Shown one piece after another: positions 37,434 through 46,070 of a stretch of 64,000 nucleotides of DNA. The first letter of the stretch is position 1. Each line of letters begins with the position of its first letter. Position numbers and translations under genes: made by a program. The stretch is from a virus. The stretch covers positions 1-64,000 of the IMG/VR virus record IMGVR_UViG_3300028584_000094, one strand, 5' to 3'. The notes below the pieces were generated by a model. That model had not been told where the DNA came from. It ran no database searches and saw only the letters and a program-made list of their open reading frames with translations.

Positions 37434-39599
37434 TCATTCTGTAAATTGATCCGGTGTTCTAACCGCCATCTGTTCTTGACCGGGGCTACCACCTTCCGGT
37501 GGGATCGGTCCTTCCGGCATCGGTTCCTGCGTGGGTTGCTCACCTTGAGGTTGACCCTCTTGAGGTGCTCCTTCCTGCGGAGCTGGCGGTTGCTGTGATT
37601 GTTGGATCACCTGCATTGCCTGTGCTTTTGTAGCTTCATTGTTCGCAATCTGTGTTTCCATCTGAGATTGAATAAGTGCTTTCTCAATTTCCATGGTTTC
37701 CATGAACCCATCAAGATCTTTTCTACTGTAGTTGTCAAGACCTTTGATAATCCGCTCGGTTAGTTTCATCGACGTAAGTTTCATTTCCTGTGGTAGGATG
37801 CGGATCAGTTCGAGTGAACTGATCCGATCACTTATTCGTTGTGTCATCCCGGAAGGAGAAGAAGCGATCACGATTTCCTGTCTCGGAATCATCGAAATAT
37901 CGTTAATGATGTATGACATTCCTTCTGGAGTGTATTCCATCCGGTTAATCTCAAATTCTTTACCAGTTGAATCAGTGAACCGTCGATACACGTCACCATA
38001 CAGAGACATTGCGATAGAAAGCCATATTTCACCAATGTCTTTGTTGAGTTTCGCAAGATTCCCGACAACGGTTTCCATGGTGACTTCGCCTTGGTTTCTT
38101 TTTTCCATGAAAAGACGACCGGTCTCTTTCGATGACTCGTTCAATCCTTCCATAGCAAGATTCTGAGGTGTCAACTGGTTTATCATATCGAACATCTGAT
38201 TCGAGTTCTGAATCACTTGTTGTTGAGTTGAACCACTATTATTAGGAATATCAGCGAACACTCTACCACCGGATTCTATGTAGCCTGGTTCTGCCGCCAT
38301 TCTAAATCCGGGACGAGAAGATTTCTTTTCATACTCATCCATCTTCGCCGGATCATTACCAAACGCATTTGGTTCATATAGTTGCCCATCTTTGGACGCA
38401 CGAGCAATCATCTCCATGACGAGACTCATGTTCTTATTGAACGTGGTCTGCGGGTCAGCCAAAACGTCAATAAGACCGATGTATCTACCACCATGTCTTT
38501 CGTATGAGAACTGTGAAATAGGAAGTCTACCACACTGAATCACAGCTAAGTTGTCATCGAATGGAAACTCTGAATCGAGCATCGAACACGTGGTCGTGAT
38601 ATAGTACCGAGACACGACATGTTTCCGAGAGAAAACGGTTTTAGGGTCCACATGGTTTATTTCATACCATGCTTTCATCCATGACTTCAACTGGTCTGAC
38701 GTTTTTAGATTTTTCGGCGGTTCTGGAACATCGACGTAAGTTCCGTCGGGAGTCAACCCAATCATCTGAACAATTTCCTCGTCGATCATGTGATGATATT
38801 CAATGAACCGATATTTTTGTTCGTAGATTGGATTCAAATCATATTCGGAAAATGCTCTACCATCACGTTGTTCGTAAGTTGTCGTGTTGTCGTATATGCG
38901 ACGAACAGCGTCATCGATTCTTCCAGATTTATGTGGGAACATTTTCTTCGCAGTGTACGCATCCATGTACGAAACAGATACATAATGCGAACAATCTTTT
39001 ATATCATCAGAGTCCCACTCTGGACTTGTTAGTAACGTGCCCGGTTTCACATTCTTTATTTCAATGTTCCCAAGTTCGTGATGTTTTGTTGTTACGTTAA
39101 AACGGATAAACCCATTATAGATTATTCCGTTTTTAATAGTTTCTCTAAGTTGATTTTCCCAGTTGTTCAATTCGCGATCTTTATTCATCAAGTGTTTACA
39201 CAGGAGTGACCCATCGACGAAATCTGGTGACTGAGAAACAAACTCAACGTCCTGTGGGTTTTTCATGAGAGTCCCAACAAACCCCGTCACTTTTTTCATG
39301 AGGAAATTGTATTGTGACAGATCGATATTTAGTTCACCGGTTGAAACTTTTTTCAGAATCTCTGGAGACCACTGCGCTCTGTCGAGAGCCGTATAGTATC
39401 GATGATTTCTATCTTCTCTGATTCTATCGTTTCTGTGGAAATCAACGGTTCTTTCAAACTCATCTTCAATCCACGAGACGATCGACCTATTGATCTTCTT
39501 AAAAAACGGACTTGGTGTTTTCGTTGTGTCCAATAGCGGGTGTGTTTCCGCTCTCTCCAAGACGCTAGGGTTCGCACCAGTGTTATCGATTTTTATCAT
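37434..39599 (-). CDS. portal protein
   Basis: 721 aa directly downstream of the large terminase (one small ORF between). Has a low-complexity Q/P/E C-terminal tail QQPPAPQEGAPQEGQPQGEQPTQEP. Confidence 0.6.
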   Translation of the reverse strand: MIKIDNTGANPSVLERAETHPLLDTTKTPSPFFKKINRSIVSWIEDEFERTVDFHRNDRIREDRNHRYYTALDRAQWSPEILKKVSTGELNIDLSQYNFLMKKVTGFVGTLMKNPQDVEFVSQSPDFVDGSLLCKHLMNKDRELNNWENQLRETIKNGIIYNGFIRFNVTTKHHELGNIEIKNVKPGTLLTSPEWDSDDIKDCSHYVSVSYMDAYTAKKMFPHKSGRIDDAVRRIYDNTTTYEQRDGRAFSEYDLNPIYEQKYRFIEYHHMIDEEIVQMIGLTPDGTYVDVPEPPKNLKTSDQLKSWMKAWYEINHVDPKTVFSRKHVVSRYYITTTCSMLDSEFPFDDNLAVIQCGRLPISQFSYERHGGRYIGLIDVLADPQTTFNKNMSLVMEMIARASKDGQLYEPNAFGNDPAKMDEYEKKSSRPGFRMAAEPGYIESGGRVFADIPNNSGSTQQQVIQNSNQMFDMINQLTPQNLAMEGLNESSKETGRLFMEKRNQGEVTMETVVGNLAKLNKDIGEIWLSIAMSLYGDVYRRFTDSTGKEFEINRMEYTPEGMSYIINDISMIPRQEIVIASSPSGMTQRISDRISSLELIRILPQEMKLTSMKLTERIIKGLDNYSRKDLDGFMETMEIEKALIQSQMETQIANNEATKAQAMQVIQQSQQPPAPQEGAPQEGQPQGEQPTQEPMPEGPIPPEGGSPGQEQMAVRTPDQFTE

Positions 39600-39915
39600 G
39601 CGTCAAAACCTTCGGTGTATTTTTTGTCTCTATACGCTTGGAGTCGCGCTTATTTATTAAGTTTAGTTCGATGAAATCTCCTCTAACTATGGCACTTGTA
39701 ACATTACCACAGGAAGGGCATGGAGGGAATGTAACGCGTGCGTTTCCGGGAGTTTCGATAAATGCCAATATGCGATTACACGTGTGGAATTCTACAACGG
39801 TTTTATCCGTTGTCTTTCGATAATTTCTTCGACCCGCACACTTAATAATCTCCAATGGCACCTCCTCGTACACGTAATTTACAATAAAACACAACACAAT
39901 TGCAATTTTTACCAT
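39583..39915 (-). CDS. hypothetical Cys-containing protein with hydrophobic N-terminus
   Basis: 110 aa, overlapping the terminase stop and the portal start. KC...HTC...CPSC could be a zinc ribbon. Confidence 0.4.
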   Translation of the reverse strand: MVKIAIVLCFIVNYVYEEVPLEIIKCAGRRNYRKTTDKTVVEFHTCNRILAFIETPGNARVTFPPCPSCGNVTSAIVRGDFIELNLINKRDSKRIETKNTPKVLTHDKNR

Positions 39916-41957
39916 TCTTCTGATGGATTATATCGAACCGGGTTTATTAGAGACTTCTGATTTTTATACCCAGACCCCGGCTGTTTTATCTTCGGAGCCG
40001 GTCGTTCTATTTTTTCCCGAAGGAATGACATCAGATTAACCATGGCATAACATAGCCCGTAATTAACCTCAATCACTGCTCTGGATTCCCGAACATTCCA
40101 CTTTTCCAACTGATTTATAAGAGCACCACATTTGCTATCGATGATCACTCGTTTGTCTGAGATCATTTGATTCAGCAATTGTGTGCCACCCAATTCATCA
40201 TATCGTCTATTTTTCTGAACTCGAACCCCTAATTTCCGATATTGGGTGACCAAGTCAGATCCGAGATCACCAAACATTCGGTCATTCCCGATACAGATAG
40301 AACTCGTTGAAACGGATCGAACATGGTTTATCAGAGAACCAACAGAGAAGATATTGTCATCACCGGCGTAATCTGTGTGAACCGTTAATCTGAACCCGTC
40401 CCACGTAGCGTGAACAAGTGACGCATACATATCACGTGAATACCATGTTGACACAAATGTTTCCGAATACGCATCGATAGACACATTGTTTTTAACGGTG
40501 TTACTATCGAGTTTATCGAAATCCTTCAGTGTTGTTCGTTCTGGTTTTTTCTGAGCGAAACATAACACGAGTGAGTCTGCTAAGTCGGGAGATGCTTTAA
40601 ACTCCTTCTTGTAAACAGATTTCGACTCGATCATAATTCTTCCGCCGGGGAGTTTGAATCGACGCGTTGATAATTCTGCGGCGAGGAAACGTGATTCTGG
40701 TAATTGAATTTTGTCGATGTTGTCTCTTACAAAACCCCACATTTCGGAAGCTGAATCGTGATACAAATCTTTCTGGTCAGCCGCGCCACCAAAGTTACAA
40801 GGAACGACGTTTATGTTGTTCTCTCTATCCAAGTTAAGGTAATCTGTACATCCTCCTCCAACACCAGTGTCGTCCACTTTTACGTCGATTATTCCCTGGT
40901 AATCTGTTTTATTTCGAATCGTTTTCACGAGAGCGAGTGTCATATCTACAACATCATTCACCCCAGTTTTTGATGCTGTTACCTGTGGGTGAACATACCA
41001 TCCTTCTCGCCACGTCAACACAGTTAAGTCAGCTCCGTAGCGAGCAACGTCAACGCCGATCTGAATTGGAACTCCACGATCAACGTCTCGCATCATACAT
41101 GCTTCAACATCAGACAGAGAAATGAGCGAGTCGCTATTTCCTTTCGGGAACAGCCCTCTTACAGATACACGGATAACGTCATGTTCCCAACCATACCGTT
41201 CGATAAGTTCAGCCGTTTTTTTCTTGTCTACGAACGGAGAATCGATCGATGAGAATTGCAGAGTCTTGTAATGCTTCGCGTCTTGGTTGTGTGAGTCGTA
41301 GAACAGTCCGTCGGTTTTTGTTCCATTACCCATCAAAAGGAGGATATTTACACCTTTAGATGGATCACCGGTTCGAGTCGTGTCGAGAGCATCAATAATT
41401 TCATCGGGGACACCAGATGCTTCGTCAATGAGGAAAAGCATATTGTCCTCGTGAAGACCCTGCATGTTTTCTTTGCGTGTTGATGTTCGAGGTTCAGCCC
41501 ACCAGTTTGATTTATACGCATCATCTTTCAGATACATTCTTTCCGATGTTATTTCAAACAGTGGGGAAACTAGAGATTGTTTCATCCATTTTGAAACCTC
41601 TGTCCACAGAGCTGATTTCAACTGTGGAAATGATGGAGCAGTGGCTACAACTTTCGGCAAATGGAACACTGAGACGAACCAACACATGAGCAACGCTTCA
41701 ATAGCCGTTTTTCCCAAGCCTTTTCCTGCAACGATGGATATCTTGGTCTCTCCACCATCTACAGCGTCCGCAACGGCTTGTAAGATGGCTTCCTGTTGAT
41801 CTGATAGGTATAGATCCCCACCATCATATACGGAATTTTCATGAAACATGATTTCGTAGATAAACGCCGATGGATTTCTTTGGTAAAACGCTAACGTCTC
41901 TTCATCAAAGAAATCACTAAAATTTACTTTTTCTTCCGGCGTTTTTATTCGACCCAT
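39909..41957 (-). CDS. terL: terminase large subunit
   Basis: 682 aa. Walker A ISIVAGKGLGKTAIEA and Walker B MLFLIDEASGVPDE. The C-terminal half has acidic nuclease-like motifs (IGVDVARYG, VKVDDTGVGGG). Confidence 0.8.
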   Translation of the reverse strand: MGRIKTPEEKVNFSDFFDEETLAFYQRNPSAFIYEIMFHENSVYDGGDLYLSDQQEAILQAVADAVDGGETKISIVAGKGLGKTAIEALLMCWFVSVFHLPKVVATAPSFPQLKSALWTEVSKWMKQSLVSPLFEITSERMYLKDDAYKSNWWAEPRTSTRKENMQGLHEDNMLFLIDEASGVPDEIIDALDTTRTGDPSKGVNILLLMGNGTKTDGLFYDSHNQDAKHYKTLQFSSIDSPFVDKKKTAELIERYGWEHDVIRVSVRGLFPKGNSDSLISLSDVEACMMRDVDRGVPIQIGVDVARYGADLTVLTWREGWYVHPQVTASKTGVNDVVDMTLALVKTIRNKTDYQGIIDVKVDDTGVGGGCTDYLNLDRENNINVVPCNFGGAADQKDLYHDSASEMWGFVRDNIDKIQLPESRFLAAELSTRRFKLPGGRIMIESKSVYKKEFKASPDLADSLVLCFAQKKPERTTLKDFDKLDSNTVKNNVSIDAYSETFVSTWYSRDMYASLVHATWDGFRLTVHTDYAGDDNIFSVGSLINHVRSVSTSSICIGNDRMFGDLGSDLVTQYRKLGVRVQKNRRYDELGGTQLLNQMISDKRVIIDSKCGALINQLEKWNVRESRAVIEVNYGLCYAMVNLMSFLREKIERPAPKIKQPGSGYKNQKSLINPVRYNPSEEW

Positions 41958-42508
41958 TATTCAGTCCCGTTTCGTTTCTTCATTTGGATAATCTCGAGTG
42001 GCTTCATTGTCTCGCGTTGTTTTCTACCGGCTTCACGACCACGAGCATACGCCGCTTTTGCGAGCTTCGCTGGGTCTGTTCCTGTGTCGACTTTCTTGAT
42101 GTCGTCGAACATACCGAGAACTTTTGCCATAGAATCATTTATTGCCTTGGCTGTCTTTAAATCGGTTTCGTCACCTTGGGTTGTCATCTCGTATAGTTGC
42201 TTGTAGTTTTTCAGAACATCCAATCGGTCGAACACAAATGCACCATCTCGATCTTTCACGATTTGGTCGATTCGTTTTTTGACATGTTTATTCGAGAATA
42301 CCTCATTCACGACTTTCGCCATCTCAGCATCCGGTGTTGCTCCCGACAACATTGCTGAGTAATTTGCGCGAAGAAGCGTTTTTACCTTATCACCTTTACA
42401 CCATTCATCAGTGGTGTACAGAAAACATATCATCTCTTCCTTCGAGGTGAGATGTGTTTCCGGGTCTTTTGACAGTTTACTGTTCAGCGAGTGGTGCGAT
42501 ATGTTCAT
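41957..42508 (-). CDS. terS: terminase small subunit
   Basis: Start chosen at ATG 42508 (AGGA 9 nt upstream). LTSKEEMICFLYT...ANYSAMLSGATPDAEMAKVVNEVFSNKHVKKRIDQI fits the small-terminase HTH pattern. TAATG coupling to terL. Confidence 0.6.
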   Translation of the reverse strand: MNISHHSLNSKLSKDPETHLTSKEEMICFLYTTDEWCKGDKVKTLLRANYSAMLSGATPDAEMAKVVNEVFSNKHVKKRIDQIVKDRDGAFVFDRLDVLKNYKQLYEMTTQGDETDLKTAKAINDSMAKVLGMFDDIKKVDTGTDPAKLAKAAYARGREAGRKQRETMKPLEIIQMKKRNGTE

Positions 42509-42656
42509 TTGGTTTTTCCTTTTTTCCGAAAATTTTATCCCAATGGTTTTGATCAACTGCGAACGGTCTTGAATGAACATCACCAAGTCCTCTCATGGAA
42601 CTCGCGAGACCTCTACCATATCTGACACCTTTTTCTTTTCTTATCTCAACGCTCAT
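42477..42656 (-). CDS. hypothetical protein (59 aa)
   Basis: ATG 42656 with strong SD GGAGA 6 nt upstream. The 3' end overlaps the terS start in another frame. The track lists a longer 42692 start. Confidence 0.45.
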   Translation of the reverse strand: MSVEIRKEKGVRYGRGLASSMRGLGDVHSRPFAVDQNHWDKIFGKKEKPNEHIAPLAEQ

Positions 42657-42912
42657 CAGTTTTCTCCTTTGGGAAACCATTTGTGATAACATACTTGATT
42701 ACTTGATTAAACAGTACATCATGCACTGCACCCAAAATACGTTGTTCGTCTTCTGGTTCGAAGTTTGGAATCACTTGTTTTTTTCTCATACCGCGTATGA
42801 ACTCTTTTTTCTGTTCTTCTGTTTTGAACACTTCCAAAAGAAGAGACACTTGTGTTTCTACCGACACGCTAAACAGCTTTGACTTAATTTTTTTAAACAG
42901 TGATGTCATCAT
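42646..42912 (-). CDS. hypothetical protein, first gene of the virion operon
   Basis: 88-aa ORF directly downstream of the 42913-43041 regulatory spacer. Confidence 0.55.
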   Translation of the reverse strand: MMTSLFKKIKSKLFSVSVETQVSLLLEVFKTEEQKKEFIRGMRKKQVIPNFEPEDEQRILGAVHDVLFNQVIKYVITNGFPKEKTDER

Positions 42913-42993
42913 GTCCTCAAAACTTTTCTTTTAATATTTTCTTTTAACTCTAATAAGTCTTAATGTAATAAGTATTACTTAGGGTCGGATTAG

Positions 42994-43038
42994 CCATATA
43001 TGGATAACCCATATATGGAAAACCCGTATGTGGTGGAC
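42994..43038. repeat. three tandem 15-bp repeats CC(A/G)TAT(A/G)TGG + 5 bp
   Basis: CCATATATGGATAAC / CCATATATGGAAAAC / CCGTATGTGGTGGAC at 42994, 43009 and 43024. The first two cores are 10-bp palindromes. They lie upstream of the virion operon. Confidence 0.7.
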
Positions 43039-43041
43039 CAC

Positions 43042-43311
43042 TTAACACACTTCAAACACATCACTTGATAATTCAATTTTACCATTATGTCTAAAAATGA
43101 CACCACCAGAAATCAGTGACTTAACACCATTGAACCAATTGGTTCTACACACGCTTATTTCGTGTGCTTCGCTCCAAGCAGAATCAATAAAAAGACTGTT
43201 GTTTCTACTCGCCTCGTCCATCATAATGAAGAGAACATGTGTCACTATTCTCTTCCGTCGAACGGTCGAAATAACAAGAGGTAAGTTTTTAATCTTTATC
43301 ATAGAACCCAC
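43042..43311 (-). CDS. small putative DNA-binding protein (hypothetical)
   Basis: 89 aa (GTG 43311, or ATG 43302). NWFNGVKSLISGGVIFRHNGKIEL resembles a wHTH wing. It sits between two regulatory spacers. Confidence 0.45.
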   Translation of the reverse strand: MGSMIKIKNLPLVISTVRRKRIVTHVLFIMMDEASRNNSLFIDSAWSEAHEISVCRTNWFNGVKSLISGGVIFRHNGKIELSSDVFEVC

Positions 43312-43498
43312 TATTCACGAGCGATCGGTGAATTGATGGAGCAACAAATTGAGGGGTAATGGTAATTGGTATTCTAGTTATTTTTTCCAATAACTGACCA
43401 TTGTGTGGATTTATCATGTTCGTTTGTTCGCGAAATGGAACAAAAGTAAACATTGTTTGAACGGCGGTTGCCGCATACGAAAAGATTTTGTTGGACAT
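43289..43498 (-). CDS. hypothetical protein (69 aa)
   Basis: ATG 43498 preceded by AAGGAGA at 6-nt spacing. The track's 43552 start lacks an SD. Confidence 0.5.
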   Translation of the reverse strand: MSNKIFSYAATAVQTMFTFVPFREQTNMINPHNGQLLEKITRIPITITPQFVAPSIHRSLVNSGFYDKD

Positions 43499-43581
43499 AC
43501 ACGGTCTCCTTGATGTTATATTTACCGTGTCTGCTTGGCATCCTGTAGGCAATTAAGTCGGTGTTACTCCCGCCGCACAAA

Positions 43582-43618
43582 CCTCGAACGCCTAATTCGT
43601 TCGGGGTTTTTTCGTTTT
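43582..43618 (+). terminator. strong intrinsic terminator on the + strand, with no + strand gene upstream
   Basis: CCTCGAACG - CCTAATT - CGTTCGGGG (9 bp including one G.U) followed by TTTTTTCGTTTT. Confidence 0.6.
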
Positions 43619-43634
43619 AAAAATTCTATGATAA

Positions 43635-43659
43635 TATATATTAGTTCACAGTGGTGAAC
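43635..43659. promoter_or_regulatory. divergent promoter region with perfect operator-like palindrome GTTCAC-AGTG-GTGAAC
   Basis: TATATATTA (43635-43643) abuts GTTCAC (43644-43649) AGTG GTGAAC (43654-43659). An extra half-site GTTCAC lies at 43704-43709. Confidence 0.5.
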
Positions 43660-43741
43660 TGGTGTCCTCCAAAAGACGGTTAATTCTGATTAAAACCAAA
43701 TCGGTTCACCACCATTTTTAAAACAATTAACGGGAGTTTCT

Positions 43742-44026
43742 ATGAAAATCGACACCGACAAAGAACTTGAATGGGACGGCGAGCAGTTTATTTTATTCAT
43801 CATTACTGAGACAAAAGATCAGAACGGAAATCCATCTGGAAAATTTTCACGAAAAAAATCATATCACTCAACACTTGATCAAGTTGCTCGAAAAATTTCC
43901 GATCTGGCGGTTGGTAAATTTATTCAATCTCAGTGCAGAGACGAGATCAAACCGTTCACACACGCTGTGCAGGAAGCATTGATGCCTGTGTGCATGCGTC
44001 TGAAAATGGCTAGGATGGTAAAATGA
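43742..44026 (+). CDS. hypothetical protein
   Basis: 94-aa ORF with SD GGGAG upstream. Confidence 0.6.
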   Translation: MKIDTDKELEWDGEQFILFIITETKDQNGNPSGKFSRKKSYHSTLDQVARKISDLAVGKFIQSQCRDEIKPFTHAVQEALMPVCMRLKMARMVK

Positions 44027-44211
44027 ATGCACGATCGAATTTCCTATGGTTATTATTCTTAATATCCGGCGACATTCGTTCGTTTTTAACCGAACTTTTC
44101 TGTGGGTTTCGCGGTCACTGTTGGGTAAAAGACGAAGTGTTTATTTCATCAATGGATGATTATTCACTCGTAAAAAAATGTAGAAATTGTGGTAAGGAGA
44201 CATTGATATGA
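44023..44211 (+). CDS. hypothetical small membrane/Cys protein
   Basis: 62 aa, ATGA coupling, hydrophobic FLWLLFLISG, and CRNCG near the C-terminus. Confidence 0.5.
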   Translation: MNARSNFLWLLFLISGDIRSFLTELFCGFRGHCWVKDEVFISSMDDYSLVKKCRNCGKETLI

Positions 44212-44456
44212 AAGTTGTTAGCGAGATAACAAATCTTGAATACAACGGGTTCCATGTTAATCATTGCGACCGAGAATCAGATATGATAATTCTCGATAAT
44301 GGCGAAGCAGTTCCTGTGTCAACCGCTTCGATGATTTTTAATCACGTGATAACGCCGGGAGATATTTATCTTAGAAGCGTTGCCACGCCGACGATAAATC
44401 TTCTCGTTGCTCGTGATGACATGGATAAATACAAATTCAAACAGGTAGGTGTATGA
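44208..44456 (+). CDS. hypothetical protein
   Basis: 82 aa, ATGA coupling. Confidence 0.55.
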   Translation: MKVVSEITNLEYNGFHVNHCDRESDMIILDNGEAVPVSTASMIFNHVITPGDIYLRSVATPTINLLVARDDMDKYKFKQVGV

Positions 44457-44720
44457 ATGGCAAAAACAAAAGTTGCCGAAGCTCCAGTTGTAGAAGAACT
44501 CGAACCGGTTGTTGAAGAAATTCCTGCGGGGTTCCCAGTTGTAACCAATGGTGACACGTATGTCAAATTGGTGGAAGTTCTCAATGAAGTTGTTGAGTTT
44601 AAAACTCGCAACCCGGAAGTTCAAGGTGTTGATAGCGTGATCACTCGTTTGACAGACGCAGTCCGCATGACAGAAACAATTAACGGTCGTAATGAACACG
44701 ATGAAAAGGATGTTATCTAA
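44457..44720 (+). CDS. hypothetical acidic protein
   Basis: 87 aa. The start abuts the upstream stop. Confidence 0.55.
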   Translation: MAKTKVAEAPVVEELEPVVEEIPAGFPVVTNGDTYVKLVEVLNEVVEFKTRNPEVQGVDSVITRLTDAVRMTETINGRNEHDEKDVI

Positions 44721-44848
44721 TGGCTAAAGGTAAAATGCCCGAAGAAATGATGGCGAAATTCGCTAAAAAAGGTGCCAAAGTTGGCGCAAAAGCAGGTGCG
44801 AAAATGGCGGCTAAAAAAGGCGCAAAAGCATCTGGAAAAAAATGCTGA
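44720..44848 (+). CDS. 42-aa Lys/Ala-rich basic micro-protein (below the track cutoff)
   Basis: TAATG coupling to the upstream gene. Reads MAKGKMPEEMMAKFAKKGAKVGAKAGAKMAAKKGAKASGKKC (13 Lys). It ends just before the terminator. Confidence 0.5.
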   Translation: MAKGKMPEEMMAKFAKKGAKVGAKAGAKMAAKKGAKASGKKC

Positions 44849-44877
44849 GTTCATAATCGTGAACTGTTGTATATTAA
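44849..44877 (+). promoter_or_regulatory. operator/promoter-like motif GTTCAT-AATC-GTGAAC + TGTTG + TATATTAA
   Basis: Same architecture as the sites at 2061, 43635 and 55977. Confidence 0.4.
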
Positions 44878-44908
44878 GCATCAAGGAAACTTGGTGCTTT
44901 TTTTATTT
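44877..44908 (+). terminator. intrinsic terminator
   Basis: AGCAUCAAG-GAAA-CUUGGUGCU (9 bp, one G.U) followed by UUUUUUUAUUU. Confidence 0.65.
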
Positions 44909-44917
44909 GGAGAACCG

Positions 44918-45226
44918 ATGGTTGTTTACAAAGAAGATTTTATAGTTGTCACCGCGTTACTAGTGGAACACAATAAAGAAATGTTAGATCATTCAACTCT
45001 GATGGATCCAGTGCCGGAAGGACTAAATGAATACGCGAAAGAGTGGAATAGATTGGGTGATGGGATGGTTCACGATCACGTGTATGGGACAGTTGCGCTT
45101 CGTAAAGATGACATTTTGGATATTTGTGATTACTATCCCGGACACTGCACAATAAAAACAAGTCGCAGTACATTCACGGTCAAGGGAACGACCATTGATA
45201 TTCTTGAACAGATGTGTGAAAAATGA
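44918..45226 (+). CDS. hypothetical protein
   Basis: ATG 44918 with SD GGAGA. The track's TTG 44867 start would lie inside the terminator and promoter. Confidence 0.55.
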   Translation: MVVYKEDFIVVTALLVEHNKEMLDHSTLMDPVPEGLNEYAKEWNRLGDGMVHDHVYGTVALRKDDILDICDYYPGHCTIKTSRSTFTVKGTTIDILEQMCEK

Positions 45227-45423
45227 ATTTCGATAACCTGCGTAAATATGTGAATACGCCACGGCCACATGATGGTCCGTTTCGAATGATGTCACAGGTC
45301 GCGTGGGATCTTGTGAAAGAGGAGTATGAGGGGCACGCATGGTTTGAACCTGCGTCTCCAGAGTTATTTCCTCTTGTTGGGAAAATGAAAGGTATCAGAA
45401 TTTTTATAGATCAAAAGATGTAG
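45223..45423 (+). CDS. hypothetical protein
   Basis: 66 aa, ATGA coupling. Confidence 0.5.
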   Translation: MNFDNLRKYVNTPRPHDGPFRMMSQVAWDLVKEEYEGHAWFEPASPELFPLVGKMKGIRIFIDQKM

Positions 45424-45432
45424 GAGTACACC

Positions 45433-45999
45433 ATGGTGCAAAGATTAAGACACGACCCACTTCGGGAAAAAATAAAACAGATCGAACACGAGAGAGACAT
45501 TGCCAATGGGCGTATTTCCACATTGGACGAACTCATCAAAAAAAGTAACGATGAACTTAATACAATGTGTGATGAATTATTCGAAGTCACAAAAAACACC
45601 GCAGAGCTGAAAATTAAAATGTCGAACACTAACCATGAGCATTCGACATCCTATCTATCACGTAGAGTTTCAGAACTTGGGACAGAATTAGATCTATCAA
45701 AAGAGAGACGCAGAAAACTCTCTGAAAAGATCGAAAAAGACAAAACGGTTTTCGAAGAACGTGAATCAGAATTGATATGTAAAATCCTCGGTCTTGAGGA
45801 ACAGCTTAGTGAAGCGAGCACAGTGTCAAACCGCCCAACTGGATGCTTCAACTGTGAATACAAAGATGCGGCGGCTGAATTGATTAACGTGAAACACGAC
45901 AACCACATGTTGAAATCAAGATATGCTGAAGTGTTAAAAGAAGTTGTCAAATTCAACGACTCACCGTGGTGGTCTAAACTGCGTGGAATTATATTGTGA
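45433..45999 (+). CDS. hypothetical coiled-coil protein
   Basis: 188 aa with long heptad-like K/E/L-rich helices. SD TAGGAG upstream. Confidence 0.6.
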   Translation: MVQRLRHDPLREKIKQIEHERDIANGRISTLDELIKKSNDELNTMCDELFEVTKNTAELKIKMSNTNHEHSTSYLSRRVSELGTELDLSKERRRKLSEKIEKDKTVFEERESELICKILGLEEQLSEASTVSNRPTGCFNCEYKDAAAELINVKHDNHMLKSRYAEVLKEVVKFNDSPWWSKLRGIIL

Positions 46000-46041
46000 A
46001 TAACTGACATTAGTTGGTTACACGGAGAACCCGACGGACAT

Positions 46042-46070
46042 AACCCAAGTTCGTTGGGTTTTTTATTTTT
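46042..46070 (+). terminator. intrinsic terminator
   Basis: AACCCAA-GUUCG-UUGGGUU followed by UUUUAUUUUU. Confidence 0.7.
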
